From: Halanaerobiales bacterium
Lineage (GTDB): Bacteria > Bacillota > Halanaerobiia > Halanaerobiales > M55B127
Direction of reading: 5' to 3'
Assembly: GCA_021736945.1 (NCBI GenBank)
Contig: JAIPEX010000002.1
Coordinates: 7,486 to 71,485, forward strand
Length of the DNA: 64,000 nt
Both the position numbers and the translations under genes were made by a program. Under the pieces are notes generated by a model that had not been told where the DNA came from, searched no databases, and saw only the letters and a list, made by a program, of their open reading frames with translations. This document shows, piece by piece, positions 52,468 to 62,628 of the stretch. Within the stretch, counting starts at the first letter, position 1; every line of letters starts with the position of its first letter.

Positions 52468-53251
52468 TGTAAGTAAAACTTTTAACCAAAATACAGTTAA
52501 TGAAACAAAAGCTTTAAAAGAAATCGATCTTAAAGTAAAAAACAATGATTTTATTACAATTGTAGGAGGAAATGGGGCCGGTAAGTCTACCCTTTTAAAT
52601 AGTATTGCAGGAGTTTTTGGATTAACTAAAGGAAAAATTATTTTATCAAATAAAGATATTACAAATATACCAGAATATAAGAGAGCAAAATTTATTGGAA
52701 GAGTATTCCAGGATCCCTTAATGGGAACTTCTCCTGAAATGACAATTGAAGAAAACCTATCAATGGCCTTAAATAAAAATTCCAAATTAACATTAAAATG
52801 GGCTCTAAATAAAAAGAAACGGAAAAAAATAAAACAACATTTGTCTGAAATTGATTTAGGTTTAGAAGATAGATTAGATACTAAAGTAAAACTTTTATCC
52901 GGAGGCCAGAGACAGGCTCTTACTCTTTTGATGGCTACTATAATTGAACCCGAATTATTATTACTAGATGAACATACTGCTGCTTTAGATCCGGCTACTG
53001 CCATAAAAATTAAAGATTTAACACAGCAAATTATTTCCAAACATAATATCACCACTTTGATGATCACCCATGATATGAAAGATGCCTTGAAATTTGGAAA
53101 TAGAATGCTAATGATGAATCATGGAGATATAATTATTGATATACAGGGTAAGACTAAAGAAAAAATGACAATAGATCATCTTTTAAAAATATTCCAGAAA
53201 AAAAATAAAAAAGGCTTTTATAATGATAGATCAATATTAAGTTTAGCCTAA
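52451..53251 (+). CDS. ABC transporter ATP-binding protein
   Basis: Walker A GGNGAGKST, signature LSGGQRQ, Walker B LLLLDEH, and an H-loop. Confidence 0.9.
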   Translation: MLKLINVSKTFNQNTVNETKALKEIDLKVKNNDFITIVGGNGAGKSTLLNSIAGVFGLTKGKIILSNKDITNIPEYKRAKFIGRVFQDPLMGTSPEMTIEENLSMALNKNSKLTLKWALNKKKRKKIKQHLSEIDLGLEDRLDTKVKLLSGGQRQALTLLMATIIEPELLLLDEHTAALDPATAIKIKDLTQQIISKHNITTLMITHDMKDALKFGNRMLMMNHGDIIIDIQGKTKEKMTIDHLLKIFQKKNKKGFYNDRSILSLA

Positions 53252-54931
53252 TTTAAATACTAAACTTTCATATGGTCTTAAATTTAAGATTTGATTATTT
53301 AAAATAATATCTTTATAATTTGAAATTAATAATTTTACTTCTTTGGTCTTAATATTAATTGGTATTTCTACTGATAATTCTTGCTCAAAGAAGTTTAATA
53401 TAATCAAATATTTTTCATTTTTATACTCTCTAATATATAAAAAAACAGATTCATGATCTTCTAATAAAGGTTTATATTTGCCATATATTAAACCTATATT
53501 ATTTTTTCTTATCTTAATAATATTTTTATAATAATTATAAATTGAATCAGAATCATTAATAGATTTTTCTACATTTATTTCTTTGTAATTTGAATTCACA
53601 TTAATCCAGGGAGTACTTTGTGTAAAACCTGCATTTAATTCATCATTCCACTGCATAGGTGTTCTTGCATTATCTCTACTGACTCTCTGAATCTCTTTCA
53701 TAACTTCATCTTTAGCTTTTCCTTTATTTATCTCAATTCTGTAATGATTTATTGTTTCAACATCTCTATATTTACCTATGTCATTAAAAGCTACATTTGT
53801 CATCCCTATTTCTTCTCCCTGATAAATATATGGAGTACCAGGCATTGTCATCATCATTGTTGCCAACATCTTCGCAGACTCTACCCTATATTCCTCATCA
53901 TTTCCGAACCTAGAAACTATTCTAGGTTGGTCATGATTGCCTAAATAAATAGCGTTCCAGCCTGATTTATATAAACCGTGGTTCCATTTTTTATATATTT
54001 TTTTTATTTCCTTTAAATCTATTTCTTCTTTAATCCATTTACTTTCATCGTTCCGATCAACTGACATTAATTCAAAATGAAAAACCATATCTAATAATTC
54101 TTTTCCGTTAACTTCGGAAAATTTTTTTGCATTTTCAACTCCAAAATTTAATGTCTCACCTACAGTCATAATGTCATAGTCAAATAATACTTCTTCTCCC
54201 ATTTCTTTAATATATTCATATAAACGTGGCCCATTAAGAAAGTAAGGCTTTCCATCCCCATAATCTTCATCAGGATCCTTTTCACCATCAGGAAAGTTCT
54301 GATTTTTTGAAATCATATTTATTACATCCATTCTAAATCCATCAATCCCTTTATTTAGCCACCATCTCATCATATTATAAATTTTAGCTCTCACTTCTTG
54401 GTTTTCCCAATTTAAGTCAGGTTGTTTTTCATCAAACAAATGCAAATAATATTCATCAGTTTTTTTATCATAAGTCCAGGTAGACCCTCCAAAAAAAGAT
54501 TCCCAGTTTGTAGGTGGTTTGTTATTATTGTCTTTCCCTTTTTCCCATATATAATAATCTCGGTATTCATTTTCTAAAGAACTACTGGATTTTATAAACC
54601 ATTCATGTTCATCAGAAGTATGATTAACTACTAAGTCAAAAATTACCTTCATATCCCTCTTATGAATTTCTTCAATTAACCTTTCTACATCCTCTAAATC
54701 ACCAAAATCATCCATAATAGCTTGGTAATCACTTATATCATATCCGTTATCAGCATTTGGAGATTTATATATAGGACAAAGCCAAATTACATCTATTCCT
54801 AAATCTTTAACATAATCCAATTTTTCTATTATACCCGGTATATCTCCTATACCATCTTGATTACTATCATTAAAACTCCTAGGATATATTTGATATACTA
54901 CTGCTTCCTTCCACCACCTATTATTTACCAT
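53243..54931 (-). CDS. GH13 oligo-1,6-glucosidase / alpha-glucosidase (subfamily 31-like)
   Basis: Motifs: WWKEAVVYQIYPRSF, DLVVNHTS, GFRMDVI, VGET, YLGNHDQPR. Confidence 0.9.
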   Translation of the reverse strand: MVNNRWWKEAVVYQIYPRSFNDSNQDGIGDIPGIIEKLDYVKDLGIDVIWLCPIYKSPNADNGYDISDYQAIMDDFGDLEDVERLIEEIHKRDMKVIFDLVVNHTSDEHEWFIKSSSSLENEYRDYYIWEKGKDNNNKPPTNWESFFGGSTWTYDKKTDEYYLHLFDEKQPDLNWENQEVRAKIYNMMRWWLNKGIDGFRMDVINMISKNQNFPDGEKDPDEDYGDGKPYFLNGPRLYEYIKEMGEEVLFDYDIMTVGETLNFGVENAKKFSEVNGKELLDMVFHFELMSVDRNDESKWIKEEIDLKEIKKIYKKWNHGLYKSGWNAIYLGNHDQPRIVSRFGNDEEYRVESAKMLATMMMTMPGTPYIYQGEEIGMTNVAFNDIGKYRDVETINHYRIEINKGKAKDEVMKEIQRVSRDNARTPMQWNDELNAGFTQSTPWINVNSNYKEINVEKSINDSDSIYNYYKNIIKIRKNNIGLIYGKYKPLLEDHESVFLYIREYKNEKYLIILNFFEQELSVEIPINIKTKEVKLLISNYKDIILNNQILNLRPYESLVFKLG

Positions 54932-55122
54932 AAACTTATCATCCTTTCATTAGACTGATTATTTATGATTTTATATCTTTAAATGATAATTGTAAAATCT
55001 AGCACTTTAAAATATTAAAAATTAATTATGCTTTTATTTAAAAAATATTTTTAATATTTTATATTTTTGCAGGAATATAGCTTTTCATATTGAAATATAA
55101 AAATAGAATGAAATGGTTTTCA

Positions 55123-55134
55123 GAAAACGTTTTC
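55123..55134. promoter_or_regulatory. LacI/CcpA-type operator palindrome (cre-like)
   Basis: The perfect 12-bp palindrome GAAAACGTTTTC lies 20 nt upstream of the LacI-family gene, in the divergent region shared with the GH13 gene. Confidence 0.5.
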
Positions 55135-55153
55135 ATTTTAAAGGGGAGTTAAT

Positions 55154-56149
55154 ATGAATACAACTATGAAAGATGTAGCAAAAAAGGCAAATGTATCTTT
55201 ATCAACAGTTTCAAGAGTAATTAACAATAGTAACCTAGTAAGTAAAGATACAGCTATAAAGGTTAGAAAAGCCATTAAAGAATTAGATTATCAAATTAAT
55301 GAATCCGCCCGGGCTTTACGCACCAATATTAGTAAACTAATTGGCGTAATTGTTGCAGGTATGGATAATCCCTTTTTGATGAAAGTTCTTAAAAGTATAG
55401 AAACTGAAGCCATTAAGGAAAATTATAATATTATTTATGGTGATTCAGAAGGAGAATTAGAACAAGAACTATATTATATAAATATGTTTCAACAAAAAAA
55501 GATTGATGGACTAGTGGTTATGACAGCTAAATTTAGTGATGAACTCATTAAATATATAAAAGAAAGTAATATTCCTACTGTCTTTGCCTCAGGACATTTA
55601 AAACAATCTGACCTCCCCTCTGTTACTGTAAACAATGTTAAAGCTGCAGAAGATGTAAGTGAATATCTTTTTGGATTGGATGATTATTTTGGTATAATAC
55701 GAGGCCCTTATCGTGATTCAGTAGCAAGTGAAGAACGAATGCAGGGAGTAATAAATAAATATAAAGAAAAAAATGTTCCATTAAAGAAAAAATATATTTC
55801 TGAAGGTGATTTTACATTCAAAAGTGGTTACAAAGCTGCTAAAATTTTAATTGATAAAAATAAAGATATCTCTTCTATTTTTGCTTTTAATGATCAAATG
55901 GCAGTGGGTGCAATTAAATATTGCATAGATAATAATATTAAAGTTCCAGATCAAATCTCCATTATTGGTTTTGATGATATTGAAGCTGCTAAATATGCAA
56001 ATCCTTCCTTAAGCACCGTATATCAGTCTGGAACTAAGCTTGGTATCGAAATAATGAATATTTTATTAAAAGAAATTAATGGTACTCAATTCACAAAGAA
56101 AAATGTTTTTATTCCACATGATTTGATTATTAGAGAAAGTAGTAAATAA
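55154..56149 (+). CDS. LacI-family transcriptional regulator
   Basis: N-terminal HTH (MKDVAKKANVSLSTVSRVINN) and a periplasmic-binding-protein-like sugar-binding core. Confidence 0.9.
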   Translation: MNTTMKDVAKKANVSLSTVSRVINNSNLVSKDTAIKVRKAIKELDYQINESARALRTNISKLIGVIVAGMDNPFLMKVLKSIETEAIKENYNIIYGDSEGELEQELYYINMFQQKKIDGLVVMTAKFSDELIKYIKESNIPTVFASGHLKQSDLPSVTVNNVKAAEDVSEYLFGLDDYFGIIRGPYRDSVASEERMQGVINKYKEKNVPLKKKYISEGDFTFKSGYKAAKILIDKNKDISSIFAFNDQMAVGAIKYCIDNNIKVPDQISIIGFDDIEAAKYANPSLSTVYQSGTKLGIEIMNILLKEINGTQFTKKNVFIPHDLIIRESSK

Positions 56150-56306
56150 AATTATTTTGGGAGGTGATTAATAAATATTTTATAGTAATTAATGGCAAAT
56201 TAGGTAATCTGAATATTATTAATATTATAACTTAATTTGCAGGGTTTTTTTGAAATTTAACGAATATTAAAAACAGAACTACTAAGAAAAGAAAGGGGTT
56301 TTAAAA

Positions 56307-57605
56307 ATGAAAGGTAAGATTTCAACTGGTTTAACATTAGTTTTATTGGCTAGTCTTTTACTCTTCTCTTTACCTGCCGCCGCTCAAGATGGTACAGTAA
56401 CCGTTATGGGAGTTTGGGGTGGTGGAGAACTCGACGCTTTTAATAAGATGGTTGAACCTTTTGAACAGGCTTCAGGTATTGAAGTTCAATATGAAGGAAC
56501 CAGAGATCTACCTACACTCTTAACTACACGTTTAGAAGCTGGAAATCCCCCTGATATAGTTGCAGTATCTGGTCCTGGGATGATGAAAGACTTAGCAGAT
56601 GATGGAGATTTAATAAATTTAGAAAATGTATATAATATGAACTATATTAGAGAAGATTTTGATGAAAAATGGATCAATTTAGCAACTTATAATGATGGTA
56701 TGTATGCTATGTTTTTGGCAGCTGATGTTAAAAGTCTAGTCTGGTACAATCCTAATGTTTTTGAAGAATATGGTTATGAGGTTCCAGAAACCTGGGAAGA
56801 AATGGATCAATTAGCCCAGCAAATGCAAGAAGATGGAATCACACCTTGGTCAATAGGTTTAGAATCAGGAGCAGCTAGTGGCTGGCCTGGTACTGACTGG
56901 ATTGAAGATATCATGTTAAGAACTACTGATCCTGAAACTTATGATAAATGGGTAGCACATGATATTCCTTGGACTGACGATAGAGTGAAGAATGCGTTTG
57001 AAATATTTGGTAAATATACTAAAAACCCAGATATGGTATACGGAGGTCCAACAGCTGTACTATCAACAAACTTTGGGGACGCACCTAATCCTCTCTTTAC
57101 AGATCCACCAAGAGCCGGTCTGCACAGGCAAGCAAGTTTTATTACAAGTTTCATAAAAGATAATAACCCAGAACTTAAAGCTGGTGAAGATTTTGATTTC
57201 TTCCCACTTCCACCAATTGATGAAGAATATGGTACACCAGCACTTGGTGCAGCAGATATGCTTAGTATGTTAAATGATAATCAAGAAGCTAGACAATTCA
57301 TGAAGTATATTGCAACTCCAGGCGCTCAATCTATATGGCTCAGTGAACTTGGTAAATTAGGTACACACAATAGAATAAATCCTAATGTATATCCCGATGA
57401 AATCACAAGACAAATGGCTGAATTCTTAAACAATGCAGATACATTTAGATTTGATGCCTCTGATTCAATGCCAGCTTCTATTGGTTCTGGAGCTTTTTGG
57501 CAAGGTATCTTAGACTATGTAAGTAGTCAAAATCTAGATAGTGTTCTAGATAGTATAGAACAAAATGCTGATGAAGCGTATAGTTCCGGGGAAGCAACAA
57601 ATTAA
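56307..57605 (+). CDS. ABC sugar transporter substrate-binding protein (family 1)
   Basis: Signal peptide, and Trp/Asp-rich SBP_bac_1-like sequence (VWGGGELDAF, VWYNPNVF). It is followed by MalF/MalG-type permeases. Confidence 0.85.
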   Translation: MKGKISTGLTLVLLASLLLFSLPAAAQDGTVTVMGVWGGGELDAFNKMVEPFEQASGIEVQYEGTRDLPTLLTTRLEAGNPPDIVAVSGPGMMKDLADDGDLINLENVYNMNYIREDFDEKWINLATYNDGMYAMFLAADVKSLVWYNPNVFEEYGYEVPETWEEMDQLAQQMQEDGITPWSIGLESGAASGWPGTDWIEDIMLRTTDPETYDKWVAHDIPWTDDRVKNAFEIFGKYTKNPDMVYGGPTAVLSTNFGDAPNPLFTDPPRAGLHRQASFITSFIKDNNPELKAGEDFDFFPLPPIDEEYGTPALGAADMLSMLNDNQEARQFMKYIATPGAQSIWLSELGKLGTHNRINPNVYPDEITRQMAEFLNNADTFRFDASDSMPASIGSGAFWQGILDYVSSQNLDSVLDSIEQNADEAYSSGEATN

Positions 57606-57628
57606 AGTAAAGCCGGGAGGTTTAATAT

Positions 57629-58501
57629 ATGCAAGAAAGAAGTAAAAAGAAATGGGTGGCCCTCTTTGTAGGGCCAGCCTCTCTTGTTGTTGGATTAATG
57701 CTCTTATATCCCTCAATCCAGACTTTTATTTTAAGTTTTTTTGGTCCTGACTCAGAACAATTTGTTGGTATCCAAAATTATATTTATGCTTTTACTAATG
57801 AAACAATGCTTATTTCTTTTAGAAATAACTTATTATGGTTAATATTTATGACCTCATTTACTGTGGGGTTAGGTCTATTATTTGCTATACTATCTGATAG
57901 AGTTAAATATGAAAAAATTGCTAAATCAATAATTTTCATGCCGATGGCTATTTCTTTCGTTGGTGCAGGTGTTGTCTGGAAATTTGTTTATACTTATAGA
58001 CCACCTGGTTCAGAACAAATCGGTTTATTAAATCAACTCCTTACTTCTTTAGGAATGGAACCCATTGGATGGATGATACAAGGTCCTTGGATTAATAATT
58101 TAGCTTTAATATTTGTTGGGATCTGGATGTGGACAGGATTTTGTATGGTTATTCTCTCTGCTTCTTATAAGGGTATTCCTAAAGATCAAATTGAAGCTGC
58201 AAAAGTTGATGGTGCAACCGAATGGCAAGTTTTCAGATTCGTTATCTTCCCCTATATGAAATCAACTATTGCTGTAGTTGCAACTACTATGGTAGTAAAT
58301 GTTCTGAAGATATTTGATATTGTATATGTAATGACCAATGGTAATTTCAGAACAGAAGTTATTGCTAATAGAATGTACAAAGAAATGTTCCAATATCGTA
58401 ACTTCGGGCGAGCTAGTGCAATTGCAGTAGTATTATTTATATTAATTGTTCCAGTGATAATAGCCAATATTAAAAGAATGCGGGGGGAGCAAAATGAATG
58501 A
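57629..58501 (+). CDS. carbohydrate ABC transporter permease (MalF-like)
   Basis: Six TM helices and an EAA loop (EAAKVDGATEWQVFRFVIFP). Confidence 0.85.
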   Translation: MQERSKKKWVALFVGPASLVVGLMLLYPSIQTFILSFFGPDSEQFVGIQNYIYAFTNETMLISFRNNLLWLIFMTSFTVGLGLLFAILSDRVKYEKIAKSIIFMPMAISFVGAGVVWKFVYTYRPPGSEQIGLLNQLLTSLGMEPIGWMIQGPWINNLALIFVGIWMWTGFCMVILSASYKGIPKDQIEAAKVDGATEWQVFRFVIFPYMKSTIAVVATTMVVNVLKIFDIVYVMTNGNFRTEVIANRMYKEMFQYRNFGRASAIAVVLFILIVPVIIANIKRMRGEQNE

Positions 58502-59345
58502 TAATAAATTAGCAAAAATCATAATCAATGTACTTCTTTTAACAATAATGTTCATTTGGATACTACCAACACTAGGCTTACTTATTACTTCTGTAAGACC
58601 AGCTTCAGAGGTAAGTTCTAGCGGGTGGTGGACAGTATTAAATAGTCCTTTAAAATTCACTCAATTTACCTTAGATAACTATCAAAAAGTTTTAAATGTG
58701 AATAATATGGATATAGCTTTCAGAAACAGTTTTATAATAGCAATTGTAGCTACTATTTTGCCAGTAGGAATAGCTTCTTTTGCTGCTTTTGGTTTAGCTA
58801 AATTACGTTTTAGAGGTAGAATGGTTATATATGGTATAATAGTGGGTTTATTAGTTATACCACTTCAAATGACCTTTATTCCAATCTTAAGAATATTTAA
58901 CACTCTTAATATAAACGGTACATTTTTAGCAGTATGGATAGCACATACAGGCTATGGAATGCCTTTCGCAGTATTTATGTTATATAACTTCTTCTCCTCG
59001 CTACCAGATGACCTTTTTGAAGCTGCATATATTGACGGGGCTTCCATGTGGACAGTATATTATAAATTAGCCTTACCGCTATCAGTTCCAGCTTTAGCTT
59101 CTTTAATAATATTTCAGTTTCTTTGGACCTGGAACGATTTATTAGTCGCTTTAATATATCTTGGTGGTACTCAAGACGTGGCCCCAGTTACAATAAGGTT
59201 GGCAAACATGGTTGGTTCTTATGGACAAAACTGGCATGTTTTAACTGCTGGCGCATTCATCTCAATAGTAGTTCCACTAATTATGTTCTTCTCTTTACAA
59301 AGATATTTTGTAAAAGGAATTTTAGCAGGTTCAGTCAAAGGTTAA
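58494..59345 (+). CDS. carbohydrate ABC transporter permease (MalG-like)
   Basis: EAA loop (EAAYIDGASMWTVYYKLALP). It overlaps the preceding permease gene. Confidence 0.85.
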   Translation: MNDNKLAKIIINVLLLTIMFIWILPTLGLLITSVRPASEVSSSGWWTVLNSPLKFTQFTLDNYQKVLNVNNMDIAFRNSFIIAIVATILPVGIASFAAFGLAKLRFRGRMVIYGIIVGLLVIPLQMTFIPILRIFNTLNINGTFLAVWIAHTGYGMPFAVFMLYNFFSSLPDDLFEAAYIDGASMWTVYYKLALPLSVPALASLIIFQFLWTWNDLLVALIYLGGTQDVAPVTIRLANMVGSYGQNWHVLTAGAFISIVVPLIMFFSLQRYFVKGILAGSVKG

Positions 59346-59360
59346 AGAGGGAGTATATAT

Positions 59361-62300
59361 ATGTTACCAGATAAAATAGATCTTATATTGAGAGATTTAA
59401 AAGAATTATCATATCAAAATCAATATGAATTAAAAAAATGGAAGGTCCAAGAAGTAAAGAAAAAAAACAAAAATAAATATGAATCAATTGAGAAAGAAAA
59501 AAAATTTCTTACCGGGAATAATAGTTTTTGGGATAATACCGGTAAGATTTTTTTCTTTTCAAATGAAATTAAGTTGCCTCAAAAATTGGATAATGAAAAT
59601 CTTTATCTTCATTTAGATTTAGATGGTGAGTGCACATTATTTATAAATAATGAAGTTTACAGGGGAATTAACGAAAAAGATATAAAATTACCTGAAACTA
59701 ACAATAATACCTATCATTTTAAAATTTTAGCTACCTATGATGTCCATCTATATGCTCGTCATCAAAGAATGTATGATAAACCCTATCCTCCTCACCTGTT
59801 CAGAAAAGCCTTCTTATTTAATAAAAACAAAAGAATTGAAAAATTGTATTTTTTAATATTAAATACTAAAAAAACTATTGATATTCTCGATTCAAAAGAA
59901 CAAAAAACAAAATTAAAAGATATATTAGATTCTACCATAAATATTATAGATTTTTATACCACTCAACAACAAAAATTTATTAATTCTATAAATAATGCTT
60001 ATCAATATTTAGAAGAGAAATTACAAAATATTAATTCCCTAAAAAATGGAAAAGTTCATTTGCTGGGACATTCACATTTAGATTTAGCTTTTAAATGGAG
60101 AATAACTGATTCTATAAGAAAATTGCAAAGAACCATTAGTACAACCTTAAACCTGATGGAGTCATATGAAAACTATTATTTTATTCAAAGTCAGGCCATA
60201 TTATATGATTATCTAAAAAAATATTTCCCTAAATTATTTAAAGGTGTGTTAAAAAAATATAAGGAAAATAAGTTTTTAGTGGAAGGAGCTCTTTGGGTAG
60301 AATCAGATACTAATTTACCAAATGGTGAGTCACTGATTAGACAGATTTTATATGGGAAAAAATTTTATAAAAGTAATTTTAATAAAGATTCTAATATATG
60401 TTGGTTACCAGATTGTTTTGGGTTCAGTGCAATTTTACCACAAATTTTAAAAAAATCTAATATTAATTATTTTATAACAACTAAATTACAATGGAATGAT
60501 ACAAATGAATTTCCATATAATATATTTAATTGGGTAGGAATAGATGGAAGTAGTATATCTTCCTATCTTCTCTCAGATACTTATGGTGGAGAACTTGAAC
60601 CTAAAAAGTTGAAAAACGCCTGGGAATCTAGAAAACAAGAAGACTTACCAGAAGTATTATCATTATATGGCTTTGGTGATGGAGGTGGAGGGAATAGTGA
60701 AGTTCAAATAAATAATTTAAAATCTCTAAAAAATATTCCTTTTCTTCCTGATATTAAAACTGGAGATATTGAAGAACATTTAAATACTATTTTCCAAAAA
60801 GAAAATCTCCCTAAATGGAAAGATGAATTATATTTAGAAAAACATCGTGGTACTTATACTAGTCAGGCTAAATTAAAATACTATAATAGACGTTTAGAAT
60901 TTAAGCTTAGAAATATAGAACTATTTTATGTTTTAGCTAAACTTAACGGTTATAAAAATAAGATAGACTTTGAAAAGCATTGGAAAATTTTATTAAAAAA
61001 TCAGTTTCATGATATATTAACTGGATCATGTGTAAGAGATGTATATAAAGATGCTATGAAAGATTATTTAAACCTTGAAACTGAATTACAGAATATTGAA
61101 AACAACGTTTTTAGATATTTTAATGATAATATCCTTGTTAATAATAATGAAATGTTAATTTTTAATCCTAATTCATTTCAATGGGATGATTTGATAAGTA
61201 TAAACAAAAATAACATTAATCAAAATTATAATTCAATTAACATGAACGGTAAAATAGTTCCTTTACAAAAAGGTAATAAAAAAATATATTTTAAAGCAAA
61301 TAATCTAAAACCATTAGAAGTAAATAAATTGAAACTTTTAAAAAATGATATTCAAAAATATGAAAACAACCTTAAATCAAAAAAATATAATTTGGAAAAT
61401 AAATACTTAAACATTAAACTTAATAAAGCAGGAGAAATAATATCTATTTATGATAAAGAAAAGCAAATAGAATATATAGAAGAAAACAAGTCTGCTAATC
61501 AATTAATATTATATGATGATAAGTCTACTTACTTTGATGCCTGGGATATTTCTATCTCAGAAAAAGACAAGAGAATTATTAATAATTTAGAAGAAATCAA
61601 AGTAACTAATAATGGTCAATACTTCCATACGATAGTAATCAAAAGAAATTTTTATAGATCTTTTATTATTCAAAAAATAAGGCTCTATGAAAACAAAAGA
61701 AAAATTGACTTTATTACAGAAATAGATTGGCAAGAAAGACAAAAGTTATTAAAAACAACTTTTCCAATTAATATAAAAAATGCAACTGCTCTTTTTGATA
61801 TATCTATGGGACATTTGGAAAGAGAAAATTATAAAGACAATTCTTGGGAGAAAGCTAAAACTGAAGTCCCCGCTCATAAATGGGTTAATATCAGTAATAA
61901 AAACAGGAGTATAAGTCTCTTAAACGATAGTAAATATGGACATGAAATTAATAAGAACATAATAAACCTCACTTTATTAAAAGGGGGAATTTACCCTGAT
62001 CCTAAAGCTGATTTAGGCAAACACAGATTTACCTATTCATTATTATTAAACCCACAAAATATAAATATTGAAAATATCGACAAAGAAGCTATTAAATTAA
62101 ATAATAAACCTTTAAAATTTGAAAAAACAAAAATTAACAACCACTCAACTAAAACACATTATTCACCATTTTTAAAATTTGAAAATGATAACGTTATTTT
62201 AGACAGTTTTAAACCTGCAGAAGATAATAATGGATACATTCTTAGAATTCATGAACATTTAGGTAAAAATGGCAATATAAAAATAACCTTCAAAAAAGAA

Positions 62301-62423
62301 ATTAAAAAAATATTTGAAACAAATTTATTAGAAGTAAACCAAAAACAAATTGATATAAATAATGATCAGATCACCGATAATATATCCGCTTTTGAAATCA
62401 AAACTTATAGAATAATTTTATAA
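59361..62423 (+). CDS. GH38 alpha-mannosidase (cytoplasmic)
   Basis: GH38 N-domain motifs HSHLDLAFKWR and WLPDCFGFS. The 1020-aa length fits, and there is no signal peptide. Confidence 0.85.
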   Translation: MLPDKIDLILRDLKELSYQNQYELKKWKVQEVKKKNKNKYESIEKEKKFLTGNNSFWDNTGKIFFFSNEIKLPQKLDNENLYLHLDLDGECTLFINNEVYRGINEKDIKLPETNNNTYHFKILATYDVHLYARHQRMYDKPYPPHLFRKAFLFNKNKRIEKLYFLILNTKKTIDILDSKEQKTKLKDILDSTINIIDFYTTQQQKFINSINNAYQYLEEKLQNINSLKNGKVHLLGHSHLDLAFKWRITDSIRKLQRTISTTLNLMESYENYYFIQSQAILYDYLKKYFPKLFKGVLKKYKENKFLVEGALWVESDTNLPNGESLIRQILYGKKFYKSNFNKDSNICWLPDCFGFSAILPQILKKSNINYFITTKLQWNDTNEFPYNIFNWVGIDGSSISSYLLSDTYGGELEPKKLKNAWESRKQEDLPEVLSLYGFGDGGGGNSEVQINNLKSLKNIPFLPDIKTGDIEEHLNTIFQKENLPKWKDELYLEKHRGTYTSQAKLKYYNRRLEFKLRNIELFYVLAKLNGYKNKIDFEKHWKILLKNQFHDILTGSCVRDVYKDAMKDYLNLETELQNIENNVFRYFNDNILVNNNEMLIFNPNSFQWDDLISINKNNINQNYNSINMNGKIVPLQKGNKKIYFKANNLKPLEVNKLKLLKNDIQKYENNLKSKKYNLENKYLNIKLNKAGEIISIYDKEKQIEYIEENKSANQLILYDDKSTYFDAWDISISEKDKRIINNLEEIKVTNNGQYFHTIVIKRNFYRSFIIQKIRLYENKRKIDFITEIDWQERQKLLKTTFPINIKNATALFDISMGHLERENYKDNSWEKAKTEVPAHKWVNISNKNRSISLLNDSKYGHEINKNIINLTLLKGGIYPDPKADLGKHRFTYSLLLNPQNINIENIDKEAIKLNNKPLKFEKTKINNHSTKTHYSPFLKFENDNVILDSFKPAEDNNGYILRIHEHLGKNGNIKITFKKEIKKIFETNLLEVNQKQIDINNDQITDNISAFEIKTYRIIL

Positions 62424-62430
62424 GTAATAA

Positions 62431-62460
62431 AAAAGGCCCCCAAGATTTGGGAGCCTTTTT
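62431..62460. terminator. terminator between the GH38 gene and the nrd operon (best on the minus strand)
   Basis: GGCCCCC-aagattt-GGGAGCC. On minus-strand RNA the pairing is perfect with one G.U and is followed by a U6 run. On the plus strand it has one C.A mismatch and is followed by a U7 run. Confidence 0.7.
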
Positions 62461-62471
62461 TATTTATATAT

Positions 62472-62615
62472 TTATGCATGTTTTTTTATTTTATCATTAA
62501 CACTGTAAGTTTTCCTATCTTTATATTCCTCCTGTTTACCATCATTCCACTCTGATACTGGAGAAAGATAACCAACTACTCTTGAATATACTTCGCATTT
62601 TTGTTTTTTACTCAT
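62472..62615 (-). CDS. 47-aa stand-alone NrdD-type glycyl-radical peptide (not in the ORF track)
   Basis: My own translation gives MSKKQKCEVYSRVVGYLSPVSEWNDGKQEEYKDRKTYSVNDKIKKHA*. This is the canonical C-terminal glycyl-radical signature of class III RNR (RVxGY...WN.GK.EE...R). The SD AAAGGGGG lies 7 nt upstream, and the ORF starts 13 nt after the nrdG stop. Confidence 0.75.
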   Translation of the reverse strand: MSKKQKCEVYSRVVGYLSPVSEWNDGKQEEYKDRKTYSVNDKIKKHA

Positions 62616-62628
62616 TTTATTTCCCCCT

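Noticed and set aside
52429-53067. 212-aa minus-strand ORF. Many other 60-130-aa ORFs lie antisense to ppdK, leuS, dnaK, glpX, holA and other genes.
   Set aside because: All lie entirely within strongly supported genes on the opposite strand or in another frame. They have low-complexity or hydrophobic shadow composition and no recognisable motifs, as expected for an AT-rich genome with few stops in some antisense frames.
53243-53251. 9-nt convergent overlap of the ABC ATPase and GH13 coding ends, with no terminator between them.
   Set aside because: This is a trivial consequence of compact convergent genes, and nothing suggests a regulatory function. It is recorded only as a caveat for 3-prime end annotation.
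56150-56306. AT-only palindrome AATATTATTAATATT and a G-rich/T-run segment upstream of the sugar SBP gene, considered as a possible operator or terminator.
   Set aside because: The palindrome is low-complexity AT sequence. No GC-containing stem precedes the T-run. It does not resemble the GAAAACGTTTTC LacI-type site at 55123.
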